Part shown: one piece after another, positions 1 to 10,738 of the stretch
How positions within the stretch are numbered: the first letter of the stretch is position 1
Layout of the letters: each line of letters begins with the position of its first letter
Assembly (NCBI GenBank): GCA_028706745.1
Contig: JAQTVM010000005.1
Span: forward strand, 5,165-69,164
Direction of reading: 5' to 3'
Source of the DNA: Candidatus Nanoarchaeia archaeon
GTDB taxonomy: Archaea; Nanobdellota; Nanobdellia; SCGC-AAA011-G17; GW2011-AR17
DNA length: 64,000 bases
The notes under the pieces: model-generated
Told to the model about the DNA's origin: nothing
What the model saw: the letters and a program-made list of their open reading frames with translations, nothing else
Database searches by the model: none
Program-made: the position numbers and the translations under genes

Positions 1-3000
1 TCCCAGTATGTGCTGAGGTTCTGCCATGTCACCTTTGAGTCATTTGAGAATGAAACAGTGTACCAAAGCGGCTTCAAGGGAGAGTGGCTCTGGTTCTTCC
101 ACGTGATGTTTATGTAAGTTTCGTTGAAGGCATCCCCTCCGAAAGGATAAGTTATGTTGACTGCGCCGCAGTCGTCAGAGGGTATTAAAGGGGAGCCGGC
201 TGCATAGAAGTTTCCTTCATCAACGCCGTTGTAATTAACGCAGAAGTCGTTGCCTGCGGTTGTTCCTTGTATTTCGCCCGTGCTTTCAATGTTATTAATC
301 CATATCCTGTTGCCTGTGCCTACTATGGCAAGCGGATAACCGCTTCCGCTTGAATTTATTATATTGCCGTATACATCTGTTTCATTATAGAACATTATGC
401 CCGTGCCCCCATTAGCAGTAATATTGTTAAAGCTGATGTTTCCGAATCTTACAAATATAAGCCCCCAGTCTATAATTCCGTTACTGCTTTCGCCAACCAA
501 ATAGATGGTGTTTCGGTATATTGTCTCATTGTTGCCTATTGTTGTTATTCCGGTTGATGAAGCAGTGCCCCTGATGTCATTGTAAGCTATATATGAGAGA
601 TTGGAATTTGTGGCATAAACTGCCTGTGAGCTTTCGTCAGCCAGCGTGAAATTATTATATGTTATGCGCATGCTATTGGAGCCTTGCCCTGCATACACCC
701 CATAAGCTGTATTGTTATGGAAATTATTTTGTTTCAGGGTGTTGTTTTTTCCGGAAGTAATGCGCGCGCCTTGGCTGTATTCATTTATTGTGCAGCCGGT
801 AAAGTTAATATTATGTTCGCCTGAGATAATTAAGCCGTATCCTGTGTCTTTGCCTTGCATTATCGTGTCAGCGCATTGTATTAGCGTATTATTGCTGTTT
901 GTCTGTATCAGCCCGTCTTCTGCCGCATCAGCAACTTCATACGTTCCCGGGCACAACAGCGTATCCTTTGTGATAACCTTGTTGTCAACCGGCGACTCGC
1001 ACACTGTCTCTGTCGTTAACAGGAAGGACACTGTGTTTTGGTATATTCTTTCTGTGTCATATGAAATAAGCTGTCCGTTTGCCCCTGTGTCATCCTCTAT
1101 TCCTATTGTTGCAGTCTCTCCGTAGTTGCCGTCTTCAACACTAGCCTTGTAATAAGCGTCATAATAATTAAAGCGGATGTTGTTTGTTGTTTCATAGAGT
1201 ATTGCCTGGAATGTTATATTGCCAAACCCGCCTGAGCCGTTTGCAACCTCGTGCCATTCTGCTATGAACCTCCTGTAAGGGGCAACTCCTGCTGTTTTCA
1301 CGTAAACATTTCCCTGATTGTTGCTTCCGGAAGAATTGAAGTCATCCCACCAAGGCGCTATCACGCTTTCAGGGCCGTCTGTTGACGGAATGAAGTAATT
1401 TGTTTCTGAAATTGCAGAAGTCAGGTCAAATGTCATATACCCCTCTGTTGTCACATTGATTGAAGTGTATGTATTTCCATAGAAGCTGAAGTTAAAGCCG
1501 AGAGGGGTATAATTCCCGCCGCGCGCCTTGTTCGGGAAGTAAAGAGCAGTGCCTGTCGTGTTTATCTCCTCCCATTCATAGCTCATGTTGAACGGCTGCC
1601 TGTTTGCGTTATAGTTTACAGTGGGCCCGTAGAATGATACAACGCTCTTGTTTGTCAGCGCAGGCATTCCAACGCTGTAATTAATTGCCAATGTTGATGA
1701 CTTGTTCTGTATTCCGACTGTTGCAGATGCGCCGTAGCTTTTTGAATTTCCATAGCCCATATCCTTGTACACAACCATTGAGTTGTTGTGCGCTTCAAAC
1801 AGTATTACTTCAAACGTGATTCCGCCTTTGTAATCTCCCTTGAATGAAACATTGTAATATTCAACAGCAAACAGCCTGTTTGGAGCTGTTCCTGTTGTAT
1901 ATGAGTATATGCTTCCCGCCCCGTTGTTGCCAAGGTCCAAGTCGTCCCAGAATCCGAAAATGCTGTCATTGTACTTTGCAGTCGGAAGGTTTGAGTTTGC
2001 GCCCGGGCTTGTTACTCCGGCAGCAGGCCCGAATGTCAATACTCCGTCAGCTGTTATGTTTACCTTGGAGTATGTATTTCCGAAGAAATTAAAGTTAAAA
2101 CCTATGCTTGTGCTGTTATATCCTGTGTCATTGTCGCTCATTGCAACCTTTAGCGGCGCAAGCGCTATTTCTCCCCAGCTGTATCCTCCCGGGAATGTAT
2201 TGTTTCTCTTGTTGCCGAACTCGCCGTAAGGCACAGGCGTTATTGTTCCCGGGTTTGTCATCTCATATCCGGAAAGAACCCTTAATTCAGCAGTGCACAA
2301 AGTCTCACCATTTACATTCCCGTCATTCGGAGTGACGCAAGCCTGCCATGTCTCTCCCCCTTCTGTCTCCTGCTGGACAATCCTGTTTGTCTGGTTTGCA
2401 TACAGGGCAGCTATCTGTTGTGCTGACAGTGCTCTCTTCCAGATTCTCACCTCGTCTATTGTTCCGTTGAACCACTGCGCTGTTTCGTCAGGGTTCCAGT
2501 GCCTTCCAATCCAAAGCGGGTCATCATTTGTCGGCATTGCGTCCCTGTATTCATTTGAAGAAGTATTTTTCAGCAATCCGTCAACATAAATGCTCATGTT
2601 TGTTGAATCGTAAGTTGCTACAATGTGGTGCCATTTGTTGTCTGTTATTGAGCCGCCTGCTGTCATGTTATACGAGCGTGTTGAATTCTTTATCAGGAAC
2701 TGCCCGCCGTTGATGGCGCTGAGCGCGTATGGGACTTCTTCTTTTGGAAGATTATATGTAACTGTGATATTTATGTAAGCATTGGTTCCTTCCAGAATAT
2801 ACCAGCTTCCGAGCTGCTTGTAAATATACAACTTGTTGTTTGCAGATATATTGTAATGAGTCATGTCTTCTGTTCCCACTATAGCATAGGGCGCAGGATA
2901 ATCAAAATAAGTGACGCAGTTTGCACCAATACCTCCAAGATTATCATTGTTATAGAATACAATATCATTTAATACCCAATCTGCATAGCTGTCTGCCTCA

Positions 3001-5780
3001 TAGTGCGCTGTGTAATGCGGGTCAATTGTTATTGCAGTTATGGTTGTTCCAGGAGATAGTGTGTCTGTCCAGTTGCACATTACATATGATTCTCTTGAAC
3101 CATCAACATAACCCGAGGGATTTCCCCACCCGGATGTTGCCCCGCAGGAACCCCAAGTCCATGCTGTATTGGGTTGGCAGTTTGCTGCGGTAGTATCCAT
3201 TGTCAATTTATATGTTATGTTTGCAGTCGGCGAGGGGTCTTTAGCCACAATATACCCTGCGCTCCCATTGGACTTTATCCACGCTTCCAGAGTTATTGCA
3301 GTTGTCAAGTCAAGGCTGGAATCGTCAGCAACTTCAATGTAATCATCAATCCCGTCAAATATGTAAGCACCCTTTCCGTCATATCCTGCTTCTATGTTGT
3401 ATGATGCGCCTCCTTCTACAGTCCCATTGTTCCCCTCCCCTGAATAGTCCTGTGTCCAGGTTGAGTTAGAGCCGCCTTCGAACGGCATGTTAAGAGCCAT
3501 AAGCGAAACCCCGTCCTTGTACCAGCTCCATATGTTCTTTACAGCGTCCCCTTCAGGGTCTGATGTTGAGACATTGAATGCAGTTATGTTCTCAGTTGTA
3601 AGGTTAGTGCCGTACGTCGTGTTTATGGTTGGAGCGGAGTGCGTCGGTGGGGAGCCGAGTATTGTCAGGTTTGCTGTGCATAACGTAGCCCCATCCTGCG
3701 TCCCGTCATTCGGCGTCACGCACGCCTGCCAGATGTCTCCTACTGAGGTCATTGACTGCTCTATCCTGTCGTATCTTGGAACTCCTCCATTGTAATGCGT
3801 TGCAACCTGCGCAGCTGTAAGTGTTGTGTTCCAGATTCTTGCCCCGTCTATTGTGCCGTTAAAGGGATAATCATCCGGCAGTGTGTTGCCCGAAGTGCCG
3901 ATGCCAATGAAAGTGGGGTTTGCATTGTTGATATTCCAGGGCGCAATTATTGCGCTTCCCGCCGGAGCGCCATCCTTGTATGCAGTCATGTTCCAGTTGG
4001 AGCTGTTAAAGGTGATAACAGTGTGCACCCATGAGCCTGTTGTGAAGAATCCGTTTAGGTCTAGAGAGTAAATATTATTTACATATATTAAAAGCCTGTT
4101 TCCCGCGCCGTATTGGGTTATAACATACCCGTTATTGCTTGCCCAAAACCCTCCTTTGTCAAATATTGCCTTTGCGTTTGCATCTGTTATGTTTGGCAAT
4201 ACCCATGCTTCAAGCGAGAAGCTTTTATTGTATAGATTAATATAACTTGTATTTATGTAATCATCAATTCCGTCAAAGTAATAAGCGCCTCCTGACTTGC
4301 CCCCTGAAGTCCATCTGGGAGTTTTTGAAGCAGTTCCTGAGCCGCCTGTGCCGTTATTATTGTTTCCGGAATAATCCCTTATGATATTTGGAATGCTGCT
4401 GTTGGCATAATTAGTGTCAAACGGCATGTTCAATAAGGCAATAGGCGCCCCGTTCTTCTTCCAGTCCCATATGTTTGTGAGAGTGTTCGTGCTTGACACG
4501 TTGAATGCAGTGATGTTCTCATTGTCATAGTTCGTGCCAAGGGTCGTGTTTATGGTGGGGGTTGATTGTGATGGCGTAGTGCCGCCTGAAATCTCTAAAA
4601 TAGTTATATCAACTCTTCCGTTTCCCCTATTTGCTCCTGTGGAATTGGATGTGCCTGTTCCTGCGTTATAAGAACCTCCGCCGCCGCCGTATTCAGGATA
4701 GTTCCCCCATTCACTCCATCCTGCCCCGCCACCTCCTGAATAACCGCCTCCGCCTGAACCTGAATAACCAGAAGCCCCTCCGCCAAAGCCTCCTTCCCCA
4801 TATTGGAAGCTGTATGCTTCTCCGCCAGTGCCTCCGTTTTTAAATGAATATCCTTTTTTTCCAAATGCACTGCCATTATATCCATCAGTATTAAATCCGC
4901 CACCACTTCCACCGTAAACTGCTTGAGCACCGCCATCTCCACCCGTTCCTCCTGCGCTTCCCGGATAGTTTGAATGCCCATACCCTGCTTTTCCTGATGT
5001 GCCGGTGCTTGCATTCATATTAGCATCACCTAAAGAATCATCACTGTATATCATACTTGCCCCTCCCCCTCCACCGGCAACAATTAAAGGTGTATAATTA
5101 GACAATGAAACAAAACTGCCACCCCCTCCACCGCCGTGATAGAGAGCGCTACTCCCATTTTGCCCTACAATAATAGAAAGATTAGTTCCCTGTGTTAGGG
5201 TAAAATTACCTGCCATTTTTGTTCCATATCCTATTGGAATCGTTCCTTCGGCAGTACGCATGCCCCCCCCTGCGCCCCATACTTCAATCCTATATATCCC
5301 TGTTGCAGGCACTGTCCAGTTCTGTATGCCTGTGCTGCCGACAGTTACATTGCCTGTAAGTGTTGTGCCTGTATAAGCTGTGTTGCATTGCGCTTGTGTT
5401 GGTCCTGTTTTATTTGCTACTTGACCGCAAGTTGTGAAATTGTAAACTGTTCCTACAGCAGGATCATGCGCATACGAACTAACGCTCCCAAAGTCATTCG
5501 CGAATGTGAAATTCAATGAGATGTATCCAGGCACGTCTATCTTATTCACAATGTAAGATGTCTTGCCGTCGCACGTATAATTAGGCAATAAGATTTTTCT
5601 TGATGCAATGCTCTCTGAATCAGAAATGTCTCCGTACCTCTTTTGGCTTTCATTCGTCACAACAAATAAATTATCAGTGATTCTTTCCTCGCCGCAATAT
5701 AATTCAAGCAATTTCATTTCGTTTTGCGTTTCAGCAACATCCTGCTTCATCTCTTCCCAAGGTCCTTGCAATCTGTCATT
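1..5780 (-). CDS. Giant surface protein, C-terminal continuation (>1900 aa). It has an ALK-like Gly_rich domain, LamG/concanavalin-like domains and right-handed beta-helix repeats. Its 3' end runs off the window start.
   Basis: No minus-strand stop (plus tta/cta/tca) occurs at triplets starting on positions divisible by 3 from 5789 down to 1; this was checked line by line. Translation from ATG 5780 gives MTDCKDLWEEMKQ... Motifs seen include IEVWGAGGGMRTAEG...VAGGGGGAS (Gly_rich), YYFDGIDDYINTSY...EAWV (LamG-like) and HNNTAYGVYAGQGSNSMRIT / GLIISGEHNINFTGC (beta-helix-like). The gene is not in the supplied ORF track, which would follow if that track drops ORFs lacking an in-window stop. Confidence 0.65.
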
Positions 5781-5789
5781 GAAAGGCAT

Positions 5790-7577
5790 TATCGACAAGT
5801 TGCCTGTTCCTGTCGTGTTAAAGAATACAGTCCAATTAGAGCCAACAGCAGGGCTTTCATACACATTAATCACAGTAATCTCCAATTCAAACGTCTGGTT
5901 AGAAAGATGCGGCGCAATCCAAATCAAATTATCCTCAATTCCGTCTCCATCAGTGTCCTCTCCAATGGAATTCATCTTAATCCTTGAAGAATTCACAAGC
6001 CAATACACAGTGAACTGCCTTGCCTTGTAGTCAGTCAAAGGATATGCAACAGTAACATTCTTGTATTCAATCGGCGCAGACACAATGACTGTGATTTTAT
6101 TGTCTTCATACAATGGAGCGGATGGAGTTTCGCTGTCGGCTGCATCAGGCACTATGTCAGCAGACGGCGCGGGCGTCTCATAAAATATAAAATAATCAAC
6201 GCCCTGCTCAGGCTCCTCAACAGGAGCGTAGCTTTCATTGCCCGCATCCCTCTTCTTCAGCTTCTTGCCTTTCTTCCACAATTCCTCTTTTAATGCCTCC
6301 TTGTCTGCCTTGCTCCAATGCTCTCTTCCCCAGATGCCCCTTAATCCTTTTGCCTCCAAATCCGCCTTTTTCACCAGCGTGATGTCTTCTGCCTCATTGT
6401 AGAAAGTTTCCGCCTCTCTCTCCCCTCCCACAATCTGCCTCATCCACAATACATTCTCTCCTGTCCTTATCCCGCCTACTGCTTCGTCATCAAATGTGTG
6501 AGTCAGATTCAAGCCAGTCAGATTAAACTCAATTGTCGCATTTGTTATGTTTTCAGGCATAGTGATGTTCAAAGGCTCTGTTATGTTCAGCTCTTCTGTG
6601 ATATTCTCAGGTAGTGTTATGTTTGTGGTTTCATTCACAGGTTCAGTAATATTAAGCTCAATCTCTGTCTCATTCACCGACTCTTCAGTGATTTCAGTTA
6701 TGTTCTCTTCAATCGGAATCTCTGTCACGTTTTCCAAAGGCGCTTCTGTTGCGTTTTCCGGAGGTTCGTAGTAAGTAGTGTTCGGCTCTTCTGTTATGTT
6801 TTCCTCAATTGGCAATTCAGTTATGTTTTCTGCTGTCGGCTCTTCAATTATCTCTGTTGCATTTTCTTCTGTCACATTTTCAATTGCATACTCCGCCCGC
6901 CTGCTTTCCGCCAATAATCCGGAAACAATCAAATCAACATAAACTGTTCCGGAAGACGGAATTGAAAACGTCTCCAAATCAACAGAAACAATGTTCTCAG
7001 AAACAAATTCAGACAATGCCCTGTCTTCAGAATACTCGTTTATTGAAACTCTCACAAAAGAATTTCCCACGTCCCAGCTTTCGTTGAGGGGAAATTCAAC
7101 AGTCACAAAGCCGGTTATTGCATTGCCCAGGAAAAAAGCGCCCACAAGGGCGAAAACAACAAAGAAGGGTATGAGGTAAGCTGAATTGACGTGCTTGTGG
7201 AAGGGCTTTTTTTTATGGGGAATTTCCACTTTTGCTTCAAGTGTTTTAACTCCTGTTTTCTCATCGCAAATCTGCTCAAGCTCTGCAATGGCCATCTTTG
7301 CCTGCAGCTTGTAATTCTCGTAGTAGAAAAGCCATTCATTCAATGACTTTCCCCTCAAATAATGGGAAAGAAGCCATTCATACTCGGCGTAAGTTATGCG
7401 CTCAGACGCAAGATATCCCTTGAACTCGTTTGCCTTGAAAAGAAGCTGGTTCTGTCGCTCATCTGCCTCAGAAATATTCTTTCTCAACAGCTTTATTTTC
7501 TCAGTGTTTGACAATATAGAATTCTCTGCTTTAAACAGCCCCTCACTTCTAAAATCCCACGCGCCTCTTTTCCCCAT
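5790..7577 (-). CDS. Giant surface protein, N-terminal segment (595 aa). It has a ~110-aa cytoplasmic N-domain, one TM helix (YLIPFFVVFALVGAFFLGNAITGFV) and about 14 tandem N-X-T sequon repeats (ENITE/LNITEP). It ends at an in-frame TAA at 5790-5792.
   Basis: Hand translation of the minus strand from ATG 7577-7575 gives MGKRGAWDFRSEG... In-frame continuation found no stops from 7577 to 5793. An upstream in-frame TAA lies at 7641-7643. A TATA-like tttataag sits at 7606-7613. The segment is in the same frame as the 1-5780 ORF. Confidence 0.65.
6540..6900 (-). repeat. Coding tandem repeat of N-glycosylation sequons (E-x-N-I/V/A-T-E, about 14 copies) forming a stalk in the giant surface protein.
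   Basis: The translation reads ENITELPIEENITEEPN...ENATEAPLENVTEIPIEENITEITEESVNETEIELNITEPVNETTNITLPENITEELNITEPLNITMPENITN. Confidence 0.7.
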
Positions 7578-7734
7578 AAAACTGATAAAAAAGAGCAAAA
7601 ATGCCCTTATAAACCCCCCGTCGTCTATGTCGTCGTCTAATTAAGTCAGATGTCTAACTCGGCGTCTTAAATTAATTAAAACACTTTTCCCGTCGTCAAA
7701 ACAAGAAATATCTAACCTCTCTGACTAAATGAGT

Positions 7735-7752
7735 CAGATGTCTGCGTCAAGC
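7735..7752. repeat. 18-bp direct repeat CAGATGTCTGCGTCAAGC, copy 1. It overlaps the stop of the ATPase gene.
   Basis: It is identical to 9331-9348. A 10-bp partial copy (cagatgtcta) lies at 7647-7656. Confidence 0.8.
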
Positions 7753-9078
7753 AGGAATCGTTTTGCTTCCTTTAAGCAGCCATTTCCACAGGGGCATAAA
7801 TTTCACTTTTTTCTTTATGCCGAACCAGCTCACATTCTTCTCTTTTTCCCCGCTTTCAGTCAAAACAAGAAGGTTATTGCACTTAAGCTCCTTGCCCGCA
7901 GTAATCAACGCCCTTAGCTCCCTTTCTTCAGCTTTCCTGCCGGAGACATCAACTGAAACCTGAATAAGCTGCTTTGGCTTTGATTTCTCAGTCACAACAA
8001 AATCAACTTCATAATCTTGCGGCTCAATCCGGTAATAAAATATATCCATCAATGGGCGCTCTGCCTGCATGCGCTTTAAATGCAGGAATGCAATGTTTTC
8101 ATATAACCTTCCCGCATCTTCTCCGGGGGACTTTATAATGCTTTTCAGCCCTGTATCGTTAAGATACAGCTTTGGCATTGATGATTCGCTTTTTTTTGCT
8201 GAAAATGAAAATTTTTTTATAAGGAATATGAAAAAAGACTCTTCCAGGCAGCCATTATATACATAAAGCGTATTTTTGCTTGCTTCCATTTCGGCAGATT
8301 TTGCTGCAAGAAACAGATTATTCAGCGAAAGCAATTTTCCAAAGGAGGCAAGAGAGGAATTCATAAGAAACTTTACAAGGGCGGGATTCTTAATTTTATA
8401 CCTCTCCATTATATCCTTAAATACCACTAAATCCAGATAGTCCCTGTAAAACTTATCAGCTGTTTCCGGGCTAAGCACGGCGTCCGGAAATCCGCCTGAA
8501 GACATATAACTCCTCAGGCTGCGCTTGAGCATATTTTCTTCGCTGGAGCTTAGATACCCTGTTTTTGCCTTTATGCCTTGAACTGCAAGAAATTCTGAAA
8601 ATGAAAAAGGGAGTATAAGATATGCAAGAGAGCGCCCGCGGAGCATGGTTGCAATCTCCTTTGAAAGCACTTTTGAGGAAGAGCCTGACAGGAATATGCG
8701 GTAGCGTTTTGATTCATAAAGCGAATTAACAGCCCGTTCCCATCCCTTCAGCGCCTGAATCTCGTCAAAAAACAAGTATAGCGGCTTCCTGCCGTATATC
8801 TGTTCATGGGTGTTTATCAGCTCTTTTACGCCGCTCGCCGCTATTCCGGATATTTCTGCATTCTCAAAATTCACAAAAATAAATTCTTCATCTCTTAGTT
8901 TTTGCCTGTTTCGTATTATATCATACATAATATAAGTTTTGCCCGCCCGCCTTGGTCCGACGAGTGATATTATAAACGCCTCTGTAAAAGGAAGATTTAT
9001 CTCGCGCCCTTTAACCGGGAGCCTCTTAATGTCTTCCTTTTTGTCCAGCAGGTATCTGCGCACATCATCATTTTTCAT
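7747..9078 (-). CDS. AAA+ superfamily ATPase (AAA_14 N-domain plus DUF4143, a predicted restriction-endonuclease-like C-domain).
   Basis: A Walker A motif VGPRRAGKTY is present. The C-terminal WKWLLK tail and overall architecture resemble the second copy at 21431-22642. Confidence 0.8.
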   Translation of the reverse strand: MKNDDVRRYLLDKKEDIKRLPVKGREINLPFTEAFIISLVGPRRAGKTYIMYDIIRNRQKLRDEEFIFVNFENAEISGIAASGVKELINTHEQIYGRKPLYLFFDEIQALKGWERAVNSLYESKRYRIFLSGSSSKVLSKEIATMLRGRSLAYLILPFSFSEFLAVQGIKAKTGYLSSSEENMLKRSLRSYMSSGGFPDAVLSPETADKFYRDYLDLVVFKDIMERYKIKNPALVKFLMNSSLASFGKLLSLNNLFLAAKSAEMEASKNTLYVYNGCLEESFFIFLIKKFSFSAKKSESSMPKLYLNDTGLKSIIKSPGEDAGRLYENIAFLHLKRMQAERPLMDIFYYRIEPQDYEVDFVVTEKSKPKQLIQVSVDVSGRKAEERELRALITAGKELKCNNLLVLTESGEKEKNVSWFGIKKKVKFMPLWKWLLKGSKTIPA

Positions 9079-9330
9079 GGTTATTTATGAGGGAAAAAAG
9101 TATATAAATCTTTCCCTATATGGAAACTACCTTGAAAATGCATGCAAACAAGCTAAATCACTGTCCATTCCCTTGTCTTATACCTCAGCCCTCAAATCTC
9201 AAGAAAAGCTGTTTGCCTCTCTGCTTATTAACGATTAACAGGGTTATTTATTTAATTTCCTATTTTCTTTATAAAGAAGAAGGTCATTTCGTATATGCAG
9301 ACGCTTTCTACTGAAGAATGAAAGCGGTGC

Positions 9331-9348
9331 CAGATGTCTGCGTCAAGC
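9331..9348. repeat. 18-bp direct repeat CAGATGTCTGCGTCAAGC, copy 2. It overlaps the stop of the AbiEi-like gene.
   Basis: It is an exact match to 7735-7752, 1596 bp away. Together the two copies bracket the ATPase gene and its upstream region. Confidence 0.8.
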
Positions 9349-9957
9349 GGAGCGAAACAACGGCTCCCAATTGCGCATCCGCCCTTTAATTATTTTCTGC
9401 ATCTTTTCAGGGTATTTTTTCAAATATGCCTCTATTTTTTTCAGATTGCATATCCTTAGAACATCCCTAAATGCTTCCGGGCTTAAGCTTTCCTTGAAAT
9501 ATGCCATGTCTATTACTGTTTTTTCAATGTCAGAGTAAGGGAGATACATCCCGCTCTGCTCATTGCTCTCAAACCCAAAGAAATAATCTTTTTTAATACG
9601 CCTCACAAGCACGTTGCTTCCCATTATTTGCCTTATGCCCTGCTTTACCCTCTGCGTTGTCACAATGACTGGTATTGTTTCCTGCTCTGTCAGGCCGTGA
9701 AAGCTCAATGCGTCCTGCAGCCCGAAGTATGCGGGCTGGAAGCAGAATACTGACAATAAGGTGTCATCTTTTGCAGTATACCATCCTTTTGCCAGCTTTT
9801 TTATTTTTCCTTTGGCAATTAGATTTTTTATTAACCGCTTTGCATACTGCTTTTTGTTTTTCCTGCCTGAAACTATTTTTTGAATGGAATCAAATCTTAC
9901 AACAGGGCTTTTGCTGAAAAGCGCTTCAACTCCGGGCAAATGCTTTACTTTTCCCAT
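9343..9957 (-). CDS. AbiEi-like antitoxin / transcriptional regulator (type IV TA), pair 1.
   Basis: It has an N-terminal winged-helix-like basic region and a C-terminal AbiEi-type segment (PAYFGLQDALSFHGLT...VIVTT). It overlaps the AbiEii-like gene by 13 bp. Confidence 0.5.
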   Translation of the reverse strand: MGKVKHLPGVEALFSKSPVVRFDSIQKIVSGRKNKKQYAKRLIKNLIAKGKIKKLAKGWYTAKDDTLLSVFCFQPAYFGLQDALSFHGLTEQETIPVIVTTQRVKQGIRQIMGSNVLVRRIKKDYFFGFESNEQSGMYLPYSDIEKTVIDMAYFKESLSPEAFRDVLRICNLKKIEAYLKKYPEKMQKIIKGRMRNWEPLFRSA

Positions 9958-10622
9958 CTTTTCAAATGCACCCCTATATATTCCTTCATTGCCTCGGCAG
10001 AAGGCACAAGCCCTTCAAGTATGAGCACTTTCAATTCTTTCTCATCAACCGGCTTTTTATAATTTGAAAGCAGATATTTTATTTTTGCAATAACCTCTGC
10101 CTGCTTTTCAACATGCCTTAAAAGAAAAAAAATGTCATATAAATCGCGAACTTTCATCCTTTTCAGGTAAGTGTCGACTTTCTCATTCACAAGCTCTTCT
10201 GCTGTGAGGCAATACAGCGTTATCAGGTTGCCGTCAGCTGTTTCATACTCCTTTAGGCTTCCTTTTTCGCTTTTAAACAAAGCCTCGAACCTTACTTCTG
10301 TTCTCCCAAGCAATAAATTTGAATAAATGCTGTTCCCGCCTATCTTCTTCTTTTCTATCTTAAAGCCCAATGACTCGAGCTTTTTGAAGAATGCCTCAAT
10401 CTTTGCAGTGTCTTTTCTCAGGTAAACATCAATATCCTCGGAAAACCTGTTCCCCTTGAAGCACCTCCATATTGCCGTGCCGCCGTGAAACACCGCAGTA
10501 TCAAGCATTTCTGCCATTTCCCTCACTACCAAATCCTGCGCCTGCGCCACATCCCTGTGGCTTCCTTTCTTCAGCCGTGCTATTAATGGTATCATTTTTA
10601 TCAATACATCTAGGTTATACAT
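9945..10622 (-). CDS. AbiEii-like nucleotidyltransferase toxin (DUF1814 family), pair 1.
   Basis: It carries the motif FHGGTAIWRCFKGNRFSEDIDVY (hGGTAh...RFSEDIDh), which is typical of the AbiEii/AbiGii NTase family. Confidence 0.65.
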   Translation of the reverse strand: MYNLDVLIKMIPLIARLKKGSHRDVAQAQDLVVREMAEMLDTAVFHGGTAIWRCFKGNRFSEDIDVYLRKDTAKIEAFFKKLESLGFKIEKKKIGGNSIYSNLLLGRTEVRFEALFKSEKGSLKEYETADGNLITLYCLTAEELVNEKVDTYLKRMKVRDLYDIFFLLRHVEKQAEVIAKIKYLLSNYKKPVDEKELKVLILEGLVPSAEAMKEYIGVHLKRWEK

Positions 10623-10738
10623 ATATGTAACTTTAATGTATTTATAAATTTATCCATTTTCAGGACTAATTGCATTTTTCGGCTAACTGAGCCGGATGCC
10701 GCCAGATAAAATATTGTAAATTGAATTAAAACAAAGGA

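Noticed and set aside
6540-6900. A short-period DNA repeat, considered as a possible CRISPR-like or satellite array.
   Set aside because: The periodicity is in-frame coding for N-x-T sequon peptide repeats. The units are imperfect and contiguous, with no spacer/repeat structure.
712-7339. Numerous 60-140 aa plus-strand ORFs and two minus-strand ORFs (4604-5014, 7115-7339) are listed in the track across 1-7600.
   Set aside because: They are antisense or off-frame to the continuous giant minus-strand reading frame. Their products are Ser/Cys/Leu-rich low-information sequences. The 4604-5014 ORF is a +1 frame through the glycine-rich coding region.
1-7600. Possibility of an alternative genetic code or stop-codon recoding, considered to explain the absence of a listed long ORF.
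   Set aside because: Direct translation shows an open standard-code frame. The rest of the window translates cleanly with the standard code, including proteins of 1857 aa and 795 aa. The absence is most likely an artefact of the ORF track, which requires an in-window stop.
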